Assembly: GCA_002104905.1 (NCBI GenBank)
Contig: MCFE01000361.1
Span: 23,327-87,326 of the forward strand
Source: Basidiobolus meristosporus CBS 931.73
Lineage: Eukaryota; Fungi; Basidiobolomycota
DNA: 64,000 nt
Direction of reading: 5' to 3'
Below are positions 1 to 11,570 of the stretch, in pieces. The translations under genes were made by a program, and so were the position numbers. The stretch's first letter is position 1. Each line of letters starts with the position of its first letter. The notes beneath the pieces were generated by a model. That model was not told the origin of the DNA. It was given only the letters and a program-made list of their open reading frames with translations, and made no database searches.

Positions 1-904
1 GACTTGCCGAGATCCAAAAGCTCTTGGCCGTACTGGGCGAAAGACAATGGGATTGCCGGGAGCTCTGGAATAGTCACTTCAGCACTCAAGTCCAATAAAC
101 TCGGGAGACCCGCCTTTCCACCGTCCCTGGACAAATGGTGTCCGACAAAATCCTCGAACCCATGTAGCTCGGCCGAGGTTCGGTGTGAAGTGAAATCTCC
201 GAAATCTCCCACATCTTGTTCCTCGCTCGTTCCACCTAACATCCCCGCCAGGGAGGCCGAGTTTGACCATGGATTCATGTCTTTTGCCTCCGGGTCCTCC
301 TGAGAATGAGTATGAATTGGCAGCATATTCATTGTCGGGAGCTTCGGGGAAATCTTGCCGAGGATTTGAGTCGGTTGGGTAAAGGAGTCTACTAGCTTAC
401 TGTTATTTCCTATGTAAGAAGCTGGCTTAGTATAGGTGGAAAGTGAAAACGGGTTGTTAAGGGCCTGACTATACGCCCGAAGTCCCCGCTTGGCGCTAGC
501 CCTTGAGAAACTATGAATCGAAGCCAAGTACCTTGGTTGCCAAGCAAATCAAACGACCAGTCATCATCAAGCAGACTAAGCTTCTTCAAGCCTGTACTCA
601 AGTTTGCTTGAGACGGAAGGGCAGATTTTGGGCTTTCCGCTGGTTTCTCGGAAGCCGGGATAGAGAAATCCAACAAGGAATCGCTCTGGTTTCCAGCAGT
701 ATGGGCCGGTGTAGATAAAGAGAATCCACCTGTGCTTCCCCAGATATCATCGCCGTCCACTTGGAGCGGCGTCTGCATGCCCCCACTGGGCTTCTCCCCA
801 CTCAAGAAATCCTCGAATTCATCGGTCTCTTCAAACTTCGTGCAATACTCTCCAAAGTCTAGGTCAACCAAGTCATGCGTAGGGTTGGTTGACGAGGGAT
901 TCAT
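1..904 (-). CDS. Hypothetical acidic, low-complexity protein with clathrin-box-like and AP-1 ear-binding-like motifs (partial; runs off the window start)
   Basis: ATG at 904 (MNPSSTNP...). GTAC...TAG intron ~531-391 joins in phase to an open frame to base 1 (DSFTQPTQ...EQDVGDFGDFTSH...ELLDLGK). Motifs DFGEY, EFEDF, DFGDF, GFEDF, LLDF, LLDLS, LLDLG. Confidence 0.65.
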
Positions 905-1129
905 AGTCTCCAAACTCCTAATGTCGCACCTCAAACTTGGTTCATTCTTCGGTGTCGAAGCTTGAGTTTAGTTCACCAAATTGTGGACCCTTATTCAAGC
1001 CCCCTCCCCTACTCATCATCATCCCTTTCCCTTTCCTCTCCGGTAACCGGATAATATAAATGCAATCAGATCCAGTAAAAAACTCTCCAACAGAGCCAGT
1101 TTATTCCAGAATGCCATGCAACAAAAAAT

Positions 1130-2702
1130 TCACTTGGATTTCTGCACCTCGATCTCCTTCAGAACAGCATCCAACTCTTGCTGGGTCGATTGGATATGGG
1201 ACTCTAGGGATTGCTTCTGGTTCTTGAGGTTGCGGAGGTTCATCTTCAGCTCGTCGATGGCTCTTCGATCCAATTGCATCTGGCGGGTGGTTTGGCTCGA
1301 GTTGCCGTCCATGTTCTCTACTAGCTCTTTCTTGTTGGTAAGCTCGAGCTGCTTAAACTTGTATAGTGCGTCCAGCTGCTCTTTGATTCTAGCGTTGGTG
1401 GAGTTGGAGGTGGCCTTGGTGTTTCGGCTGATCTCCCCCTTCTTCTCCTCGATCGATCGCTCCAACTCGGCGAGCTCCTTTTGAAGCTTCTCCTCTTCGT
1501 CCGATACTTTGGACTTGGCTCCGTTGGCAAATGTGGCTAGTGCAACAAGGTCAGCAAGCCTCCGTGAGTAGGAGTATGTCCAGATATCTAAAGGGAACTT
1601 ACGCGATCGCCCGGTAGCGGAGTTAGCTCCTACCCTACCCTGGTAATTGTCCGCCAACGCCGTATTCTTATTTAGCGTGGTGCCACTGTGTGTGGACTGT
1701 GGACTGTCGAGCTTGAAATTGCTGATGATGTTTGGAGGGCATTGCCGAGGAAGTGAGGCCCCGTTCTCCACACTGTCGACAATGTGCAGAAAAGTGATCA
1801 ACTGGTCCTTGTTTAGCTTTTGTTCACTTCGGACATCCACAAGCTGCCTATTTCAAGCGAGTTAGCACCGCTGAAGTGAGATTTTCGAGCAGATACGTAC
1901 CAGGCGGCGTAGATTTGGTCACTGGAAAGGCTGAACGACTGGAATAATTCATCAAGCTGGCTACCTAAAGGTCAATCACTTAACTCCACGCCGTTCGAAA
2001 GGAAGCTCGGCAGAAACAAAAGCATGCGCCAGACTACCACCTACCAACCACGTATCTTCCGTCTTCGGTATACTTTGTGAAGATGTGCTCGTAAGTAAAT
2101 CTATCCGACAGGGGTATGTCCCAATTAAAGACGTCAGCCCCTTGAGCCCTCTGTAGTTGGAAAACTGTAAGTGACGGTTGGTACAGTAAACGCGCAAGTT
2201 GGCCCATTACCAAGCCTGTGGTTTGCTGGGTAGGGTTCGGGGAGCTTTGATACCCCGAGAAGACGCCAGTTGTGCCGTTGAAATTTCCACTGCGTGGAAG
2301 TAAACCCGCAGGAACCGAGTTGGGAATTGGGTGTCCATTGATTGACTCGTATATCAACTTCATGGCAATCGAAAACTCCTCGAAGGTCATCGAACCATCT
2401 TTGTCCATATCAGCAAGGTCCCTTTGGAGTGGGTGAGTTAGCGAGGAAAGCAAACAGGCAGCGGACGAATCGCCTCTTACCAGATCTTTTCCAGGACCGA
2501 CACATCCAAGCCCGACTCTAGAAATATGTTACGTGCTTGCTCACCTGTTGGAGAAAGGAATTGGTGGTCAATCTAAGTAGCGCTAGGTCAAGTAGGCTCG
2601 CTGCCTATGAATACTGTTCTAACCCGAAAGGTAGCCATTGTTAGGGTTCAGGGAATTGAAGATTCCCCTGAATCTGTCTAGTTCACCTGGTAGGAAATCC
2701 AT
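1130..2702 (-). CDS. END3: End3-like endocytic protein: two EH domains plus C-terminal coiled coil, multi-exon
   Basis: Spliced EH1 ([65 protein letters not shown]), EH2 (WDIPLSDRFTYEHIF...AAWQLVDVRSEQKLNKDQLITFLH), then coiled coil with KEQLDALYKFK resembling yeast End3 REQLEGLLNYK. Start could be a short exon further up (~2810). Confidence 0.85.
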
Positions 2703-3095
2703 TCCGTGGTTTGTTGAAGCTGAAGGTTGCAGATGGTGGTGGGTCTGGAGAACTAATCCCGGTCACGGACAAATCGTATGGTGTTGATCGAACAAACCAT
2801 ACTTTTCCATCGCATCCAGACGTTTATCCCAGATCCAGGAAGACGGATTAGTGCTCGCTAGGAGGATAAACAACATGCGTAAATCTCGCATCAATCAAAA
2901 AAGATCCCCGACAGCAGTCTCCGCACCGGATATGACCAATCGAACCAATATCATCCGCTCCTACGAAAAACTGAAGCTCGATGGTAGAAAATGAGTTGGA
3001 AAAAAAAATGAAGTCAATCAAAACGGATCCCATGGGCCCTTCGAAAAGCTCGACTTCTCTACTGGCTCCTTTCGGCGTTGCCTTGAACATTTTAG

Positions 3096-5553
3096 ATGGA
3101 CCTTTTTAGAGCTTTGGGTGCTGGTGCTAGATTCAACAAAAAACGCTTCAGCGAGGATGTGGCGTTGTTCGAGGTTTGGGTGGCGACTACGTGGATGTTA
3201 GTGCAGCGTATTAACCAACACCGTATCTAGAAACCGTCCTCCACCTCCGAGAGCGGCGTCACGGCAGACAAAGTTGACGAGCTGCCTCACGAGCTGGACT
3301 TCTTCAACAATTACTCCAACAAAAGCAAAAAAGTCGAGAAAAAGGGGGCTGGCGAACCAAGTGATCGGAGCAACGAAATAGACGACGAAGGTATGTATGA
3401 GCTGGTCGTCTTGGTGCAGGGTCGCTCGTTGGCTGACGTGTCGGTTTTTGCCTTTCTTTCTCGCGAGTAGAGCTTGGCCCATTCGAGAGTTTAGAGGAGG
3501 TATATGGTTTAGCTTCCAGCACTGAGCCTTCGCGCACAGAGACTAATCCCCAAACCGTAGGCCGCGCAATTCAGAAAGACCCATAGAATCAAAGTGTACG
3601 GCGACGATATCCCCAATCCCTTCCGTTCCTTCCCCGACCTATTTAATCAGTATCCTTTTTATGCTCTTCTTGAAGCCGGTATTCGTAGGTCAAACATCGG
3701 TCCTTGACTAGATGCTTAGATACGGTGTCCGCCCTTTCCTCAAGAAGAATCTCGAGCAGGCGGGATTCAAGAAACCTACAGCAATTCAGATGCAGTCGAT
3801 TCCCATCATGCTCCATGTAAATATGTTTCGCTCCGTCCTAATCACGAGTCGACCCGACCCGCTAACCTTGGAATCGTGCAGAATCGTGAGGTGATGGCTT
3901 GTGCCCCGACCGGTTCCGGTAAGACGCTGGCATACGTGCTCCCCATCCTTCATGACCTCAAAAGCCCCGAGAAGATCGGCTATCGTGCCTTGGTAATCGC
4001 TCCCACCCGTGAGTTGGCCCAACAGATCTACAATGTCTTCAAATTAATGAGCGCCGGAAAGAAATTCAAGATCTGCATGCTCACCAAGGCATCTCTTGCC
4101 ACCCAAGCACACGATGTCCAGCTGAAGCAGAAATTTGGTGAGTTCCCGCCACTTGGTGTTGTGCATGCAAGCGCTGACCATTCTTCCCAGATATCCTAAT
4201 CTCCACGCCACTCAGACTGGTCCACGCCATCCAACAGGATCAAATCAAGCTGAACAAGTAAGATGGTTGTATGCGGGTGATATGTGGAGGAACGGCTTCT
4301 GAACCATGGTTTTTCTTAGCGTTCGCCATTTGGTCCTCGATGAGGCTGATAAGCTGCTTGAGCTTGGTTTCTTAGAACAGATGGACGAGATTTTTGCTTC
4401 ATGTACATATACCAAATTGCAGAAATCCCTTTTCAGTGCCACCATCCCCTCCGGCGTGGAAGCCCTGGCCAAGACGGTGATGAACGACCCCATTAGAATA
4501 GTGATCGGTGCCAAGTAAGATCCTCGTAGATGTGTTCCTCCTTACTCTCATACTAACCGGATCCTTGGTTTGGACCTGAAGAAACGCCGCTACTGACACG
4601 ATCAAGCAAGAGCTGGTGTATGTTGGCGAGGAAGAAGGAAAGCTTATTGGCATTCGTCAACTGATCCAGAAGGGGATCAAGCCACCGGTGTTGATATTCG
4701 TGCAGTCTATAGAGCGTGCGAAAGAGCTGTTCCACGAGTTGGTATACGATGGAATCAACGTGGATGTTATCCACTCGGAGAGAACCAAGGCACAGGTAAG
4801 CACCTGCCTTGCTGACCGACTTCAAACCAGGTGAACTGACCTTGCATTTAGAGAGACAACATCATCGACAGCTTCAAAGCTGGCCGTATCTGGGTCTTGA
4901 TCGCCACAGAGCTGATGGCCCGTGGTATCGATATCAAGGGAGTTAATTTGGTAATCAACTACGATTTCCCACAATCTGTACAAAGCTACATCCATCGTAT
5001 TGGTAAGTGTGCTTTACGTGCGATCTCTTGACACTACAAGGTGCCTGATGTAGCTTCTCCCCTTCAAAGGTCGTACCGGTCGTGCTGGCCGTGCTGGTGA
5101 GGCGGTCACCTATTTCACCAAGGATGATGCCCCATATTTGAAGAGGTATCGACGCGTCAAATGCTCATCGCCATTATCACGCCACGACTAACCATCGTCT
5201 CTGTAGCATTGTCAACGTGATGAGAGAATCCGGATGTGAGGTGCCCGATTGGATGCTAACGGTGAAGAATCCAAGGTAGGCTCGACGCTGAATGATTTCT
5301 AGGGCTAGTTCTCACTCCCACCCCTTCAGCAAAAACGAGAAGAAGAACCTTAAACAACGACCCATCAAACGTAAAACCATCAACACGATGTCCGGCTACG
5401 ACAAAAAGAAGATCCATCACAAAAGGTAAATGATTTCTGCCATCATATCTTGGCATTAGTATTCAACTTATTTTGCTCCTTATCAGACAGGTCATCGAGC
5501 ACTCGAAAAAGCGCAAGACAAACGACACCTCGGAGACAGCGACCAAGGAATGA
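3096..5553 (+). CDS. ROK1: DEAD-box RNA helicase Rok1/DDX52 (18S rRNA processing), multi-exon
   Basis: N-terminus [21 protein letters not shown] matches the DDX52 family. Q motif ([10 protein letters not shown]), [28 protein letters not shown] and [11 protein letters not shown] motifs lie across GT-AG introns. Stop TGA at 5551-5553. Confidence 0.95.
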
Positions 5554-5616
5554 ATGGATGTGTGGGGGGAGGGTTTTGTTGATTGAAATAAATGCTCATT
5601 ACAGTGGTATTGCGGA

Positions 5617-8600
5617 TCATGAGAAATTCTTTTGAAGGGTGGCTCTACATCTCCAGAATGTGATGGGGTTATCTAGCTTGGCCTTGAGCATTTGTTTCAC
5701 AGGTCTGCATGTGCACAACGAGCAGAGCTCGGAATTCACCCTGATGGCGTCCATGCCTCCGGCGAGGACGCATACTCTTGGGAATCCATTGTTCACAAGC
5801 ATTTCACCAACCTTGTGATTCGGGGGGGGGGGAGTTAGTGCTGGGCAACGTTTACGGTGGAGAGGATGAAGTTACCTGCGGCCCACTATCGCCCCTGTCC
5901 GACAGCACGATGTGGTATTCTCGCTTGAGTTTCTTGAGATAGAACAGTGTCACCTCCAGGTACGATTGTTGCATATTAATGGAGTATGGAATGTGTCCAT
6001 GAAGAAACCTACCGCACAGTGTCAATCAACCAATACCAACAGGAACATTCCAGGCCAACTTACTCTTCATCATCTCGGGTATCCACAACAATGGCGTGCT
6101 CACCGATCTTCACCAAATCCGAGATGTTGATCCGCGGGGCTAGCTCGGATTTCCGGACGCTGACGGGGATGGGCTGCTCCCACCAGCACTGTCGCATACA
6201 TATATGACCAGGTTAGTTTTGGGCTTCGCGCCGGCCGAGTGAGATTCCTTACCTGCACAGCATCCGTGTGACTTTCTCCGGACTTGTGGATAGGCGTGAT
6301 GATGGAGTACGGGGTATTCTCGTACATCGACTGGGCGAAGTGGAGGCATTTCTCGATCTCAACGTCGGGAAATGCTTCGGAGAATAGGCCGATACAGTCG
6401 TTGAACTCGCACGCGAGAAGAAGCTCCCGGATCTGACGGAGGATAGAAACCCCCATGAAGAGTGGCAGTGAGCCGTTTCCAACCAAAAGCTTGTCCCAGA
6501 GATGGTATATTTTGTGCAAAGGAAACACATCTATCGCGAATGGAAATCTCTAAATCGTCAGCATTACACATGCGATATAGGAACTGGGCTTACGGGTGAA
6601 AAGAGTCAGGAACCACGGGATTGCGTACAGCTCGGGTTGGAAGCCGATGGATTTCAGATGGCTGGAAAGCTCGGGGTCGTGGTACGAGAGGATATGCTGG
6701 AACACTGCCAGATGCTCCTGGATCGTGTCGGAGTTGTCGGCGATAAAGAAATTCTTCAGGAAACGGGGGATGAACGCCTGGAGACAACAGAAAGCCAGCG
6801 GCTCGTCGCTAAAATTCAACGTCAAGAACGGGGCACACAGCGAATCCAGACCTACACATATGGGGGTGAGTCATTTGTCAACTGCCACGAGTTTCGACGA
6901 ATGTGCTACCTTGCCAGTAAACCAGTTTCCCATTCGCAATGGTCCAGCATTTAAGGATTCTCTTCAGCTTCTCGTGCCCAGCAGACGAGGCTAGTAAAGG
7001 GTTGTATTGATGACATCTGGGGACGTCTATTCAGCGCCCAAGTTAGCATTGGATCTTACTGGTGATGCCAAAGAGAAAGTTACCTAGATCAATCTAAGGA
7101 GCTATCATTAGAGATGGGACACTCGACTCAACACTTGAACATACCTGTCGATCAGTGTCGGTTTCCGACTCTTTGTCGTATGAATTATAAGTGGCCTCGG
7201 GGTTTCCGACAATCCCTAGAATGCATGCCCAAATAGGCCCACGAAGAATGGGTGGGATATCAAGCTTGGCGTGGTACATCATCTCTTCCCGAGAAGCCGG
7301 ATACTGCCGAAGAAGTTCCACGAACAGGGCGATTCGGTGGAACTGGTACACGGGGTCCCTCTCTCGAATAGCCAGCGGGATCTTGTCCAAGCCAAACTTC
7401 GAGTTCGTGTGGCGACTTTCAAAATCGTACATAATGTCGGGCTTGATGTGTTCGTTCGCGTCGATGGCCGTATGGAATTTGATTTCCTGGTTCTCCAACG
7501 CTCTGATATGCTCGTCATTCAGATCTACGTTCCCCGAGATTACCCCCGGGGTGTTCCGAATCCTCTCCTCCAATTCTTCAAGGTTGATCCTGCAGAAGAC
7601 GTCGGTGAAGTATCTCGCTTCGTTTCGCTGCACCCCGATCTCCTCCCCCTCGTTCACTCGTATGATTCTAGGAATCCGTTGAACCGGGGGCGTGCTCAAT
7701 AGCACTCCGTGTCGTATCATCTCATGCTCCAGATTCCCCCCGGAGATCCTCCAGAGATGATAGATGTGGAAGAGGCTCAGGTCGTTTAGCGCTTTGGGAT
7801 ACGTGTCAATGGATAGGATCTCCTCGTCTGTGCACTTGGCGAATCGATCCGAGAAGAGAAGAGGCTTTTGGTGCCAGAGCTGGTGAATTTTTTTCTCGTG
7901 TAAGCTGTCGAAGTATGGGTGAGTGAGTAGCTGGGATGCGGTGGCTCGTGCATCTGCATTGACCACCAGGCAAGAGGAGATGAAGCTCCAGAAGGCTTCT
8001 CTGCATCATTCGAGTGACTCTTCAGCTTCGAAAAAACCTCCCCGTTGATCCCGTGAACCTCTTTCAGAGCGTTGCTCCAGAAGTCTTCATTTAAAATGGT
8101 CGGGTCCTCTTTGCTTTTGTCCACCAAGGTCTGAATGGTTCCCAATACACTTCGCACTCCCCCTTCTTTGCTTGTCCAAAACGATTGGCCAGTGCACGCT
8201 TCAACGAGAACAACCCCCAGAGACCAGATGGATTCCTGAAAAGGAAAGTTCGTTAGCACTCGGCCATTTGATGCACCACTCTAACGATTGGCCGTACATT
8301 GAATGAGACATGGTCGCAAGCGAGCGCTTCAGGGGCTAGGTAATACGGAGACCTTTTCAGATGATCAGTTTACGAGCTTCTCTCATACACAAGCACTAGA
8401 CTTACCCAACAGGAAAATCTATATCACGTCCTTCATCGGTTATGTAATACAACCCGTAACCCGCGAGCCTGACATTGCCCTTGTGATGTGAATGCGTCAA
8501 TACGTGAGTATATCATCCGTAATGACTTGAGCCCCTTACTTTGGCGTCGAGCAAGATATTGCTTGGGCAGAGGTTTCTGTGGATAACTCCGTTATCCTGT

Positions 8601-9150
8601 AGATACTTTAACGCGTGTAATATCTGAAAAGCCCAAAGCCGCAACTGAGATAGGTCCGGAGGAGAGCTAAAAGGCCGAATTGGGAGGTGAATGTGACTCC
8701 TTCCACAGTTTACTGAAGTTCTGAGTGGGAAGGAGGCCCCGTACCTGACTTGGTTCTGTGCGGTCGCCAAAGAGTTCTCGAACATTTCGGTTACCAAGAA
8801 CAACCTTTCTAATACCACGGGTTAGTGGGCGAGCACCAAGACGATGGAAACCAAGCACATACCATGCTTTCCCTTGAGAAGATCCACATATTCGCAGAGA
8901 TTGGGGTGTGCCAGCGTCTACGCAACTGGAGTCAGCCTGAGGGTAACGAGAAACCATACTATCACCGGTACCCTACCTGCAACTTCTGGAAGCGACCAAG
9001 GATTTCTGTAGTGGAAGGGGTGAGAGGCAGCCCGTGATGGTTGACCTTGTCTTGGGAATTGGCGGAAGCAAGGAAGCTGGAAATGCACAGATGCCCTTTT
9101 TCTTGAGCACCAAAAGCCCCGGCAGCAATATTCTTCGAAGTAGCGTACAT
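5617..9150 (-). CDS. TBCK: TBC1-domain-containing pseudokinase TBCK (pseudokinase + Rab-GAP TBC + rhodanese), multi-exon
   Basis: N-terminal [18 protein letters not shown] (human GLPLTPNSIKILGRFQIL). Degenerate kinase motifs HRN and LAGYGLY. TBC core ([16 protein letters not shown]...[10 protein letters not shown]...LWDKLL) and C-terminal rhodanese ([14 protein letters not shown]). Confidence 0.93.
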
Positions 9151-9314
9151 GCTGCCTGTGTTCAATGACGGTCGGGACCAAAACCTCCCTTGATATATCA
9201 GTTGCATTAATTAGCCAGATTCCCAACCAACATTTCCGTCCGTAAACCGGAATTGAAGATTTGCCAATCACCCATCAAACTGGATCCGTATTTTATTCAG
9301 GAGACCAAGTAAAT

Positions 9315-10268
9315 TTACATGTCTTCTTGCGAGTAGGGGTCGAAATAGTAATCAGGGCTAAGCTGGAAATGCTCCCAGAACTCGTCAGGGTTCAGTCTTC
9401 TGGGGAGATCAATCTTCTCGGCGCCAACAACGATGTCCTCGAAGGGCTGTGTCCCGATGACCGAAGCGACCGCCGGATCTTCTCTTAGGCTCTCGATAAT
9501 CTCCACTTGCTCCTTGTTGTTCCATGATCTCACGAGCTCCAGGCGATCATACACTTTCCCGTCCGACAGAAGCCATCTCTCTCCGGGCGTAAAGTGTCGG
9601 TGCAATCCGTTCACGATGGCCTTCGCTACATCCGCGCCATGGATCAAATGAAGCTGGCGGGCTATGATGGCGTTCTTGAGCTTCTCCGGTGTCATGAAGA
9701 ATCGAAGCCAGTTCCGAGGCTGTCTGAAATGCGGTTGAGTGGCTGTCGGAGAAGATGGTTCACTTGTGATAGGTTACCTTGAGCCGCCCCATAAGCCAGA
9801 TAGGCTGGGAATTTCAAAGGACGTTGATCAGAAATCGTATCTTTTGCGATGCCAAGGAAATACTTACTGTAGAACGCTTCCATTGCAAGGGGCTTCGAAG
9901 ACAGCGTTCTCGGTATCGAATCGAGTGTGCTTGGAGTCTACAGGGGAGTGTCTAGTGGAGTTCAGCTTATCAAAGGGACGTGTGGAGGATAGGAAGATAT
10001 ACTGAGGCTGAATGGAATGTAGCTTGTTATAGTCCTCTACTAAGCTACGGAGTTCAGCCCCTGTGCGTACAGGGAAAGTAATCACTACTGTTCTGGCCGT
10101 TGGAAGTGATTCGGTGCTTGATTCCAAGGACCAAGCATAGGTTCCATCACGGCCATCTCTAGTTGTTGCTGCCACGGCTATATCCTGGCGCTTGCACAAA
10201 TCATAGGTGTATTGTCCAACAAAACCCTTGCCAAGAATGAGGATTTCAACCGAAACGTTATGGTCCAT
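9315..10268 (-). CDS. Atypical NAD(P)-binding SDR/epimerase-like protein (YeeZ-like), three exons
   Basis: Rossmann motif ILILGKGFVG, FLSSTRPF, spliced VLHLSGLWGGSRQPRNWL, and LHLIHGADVAKAI. Two GT-AG introns near 9864-9790 and 9760-9720. Confidence 0.8.
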
Positions 10269-10507
10269 TGGAAGAAAGGGTGGTAAACGGTACCCGAGAA
10301 GTGACGATTCCTCGATTCGTTCAACAGTCGATTGGTTTTATGCAAACCGATTTGGATGGTGCGGAATTTTTCGAGATGGATTACGAGAATTTGATTCCGT
10401 CGATGTTCCCCAATCTAGGTAATTGGTAATTATCTAGGAGGAGGCTGAAAACCCGGACTATTTTGGATCGCATGCAATTTCGATTGCTGTTCGTTTAGGC
10501 ACGTACA

Positions 10508-11469
10508 ATGGTCAGTAACGTCAAAGTCCTTAAAACCGAAGTGCGGAAACAGTTGAGGAAAAGTCTCGGCCTATTATCCGAGGAGGTGGTGGTCCGTGAG
10601 AGTGGGTATCCTCGTCACCTTGAACCCATAGCCATATTGCTCAAACCACTTTAGGCCAGCAGGTGGTTGCTCAACTCTTGGACCTGAACGCTTTCAAAGA
10701 CAGTAAACGTGTGAGCGTTTACATTAATATGTCAGGTGAAATAAAGACCCAGGAGATTATCCGTCAATTATTCCTGCAAGGTTTGCTTTCTCGCAGGCTC
10801 CTGGTGACGGAAGTCATGTTAAGCGGTCTGTCTTAGGCAAAGAATGCTTTGTACCTAGGTGCGATGGGACCAGGATGGAAATGCTTCGTCTAAACTCTTA
10901 CGAAGACTATCTTTCACTTCCCTTGAACAAATGGAAGATTCCAGAGCCAAAGTTGGACGAAGTCAGAGAAGATGGTTTGTTGAGTTGAGTCGAGCCTACG
11001 CCAATTCTCCAATATTCACTTTTGTTGTAGCGTTCGAAACCGGTGGACTGGACCTTATTATTATGCCTGGTAAAATGAGGTTTGCTACGGGCTGGTGACT
11101 CCGAGCGCAGTCACTAATCCACACTATAGGTTTGGGTTTTGATCTTTCTGGTTCCAGAATAGGTCATGGCAAAGGGTTTGAAATGGGTTGTCATTTCGTT
11201 GTTAATGCTCCCGATTGACTTGGGCTTTTTAGGTACTACGACCGTTATCTTGAGAGTTGTGCCAATAGCGGGAAGATACCATCCACAGGTAGAGCATATC
11301 AGCATCCATCGGACCTGACTGGCAACCCATTGATTACCTTCCGTTCATACCAACAGTGGCACTGGCGCTTTCCGCCCAAATTGTTGAAGATAACCTGCCT
11401 GTAGACCATTTCGACAGAAAGCCCGACTTGATCATCACCCCGCAGAGAATCATATATCCAAAGCATTGA
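10508..11469 (+). CDS. FAU1: 5-formyltetrahydrofolate cyclo-ligase (MTHFS), multi-exon
   Basis: Spliced KTEVRKQLRK..., [66 protein letters not shown]. Stop TGA at 11467-11469. Confidence 0.92.
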
Positions 11470-11570
11470 GGGCTTGATGTGATTTATTAAGAATAGATCT
11501 CTATGGAAAGACTACAAGAATAAAGATTTGAGTAAATGTTACAGGTGCGTTGCTTTTCGCTCGCATGAGA

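Noticed and set aside
2848-3090. 80-aa minus-strand ORF between END3 and ROK1
   Set aside because: Occupies the shared divergent promoter, has no recognisable motif, and starts 5 bp from the ROK1 ATG.
5822-5832. G11 homopolymer
   Set aside because: Lies in a TBCK intron; single run with no further structure.
9315-10268. Possible bacterial horizontal transfer of the YeeZ-like SDR
   Set aside because: It has two canonical introns and host-like composition, and resembles a family widespread in fungi; nothing in the sequence supports transfer.
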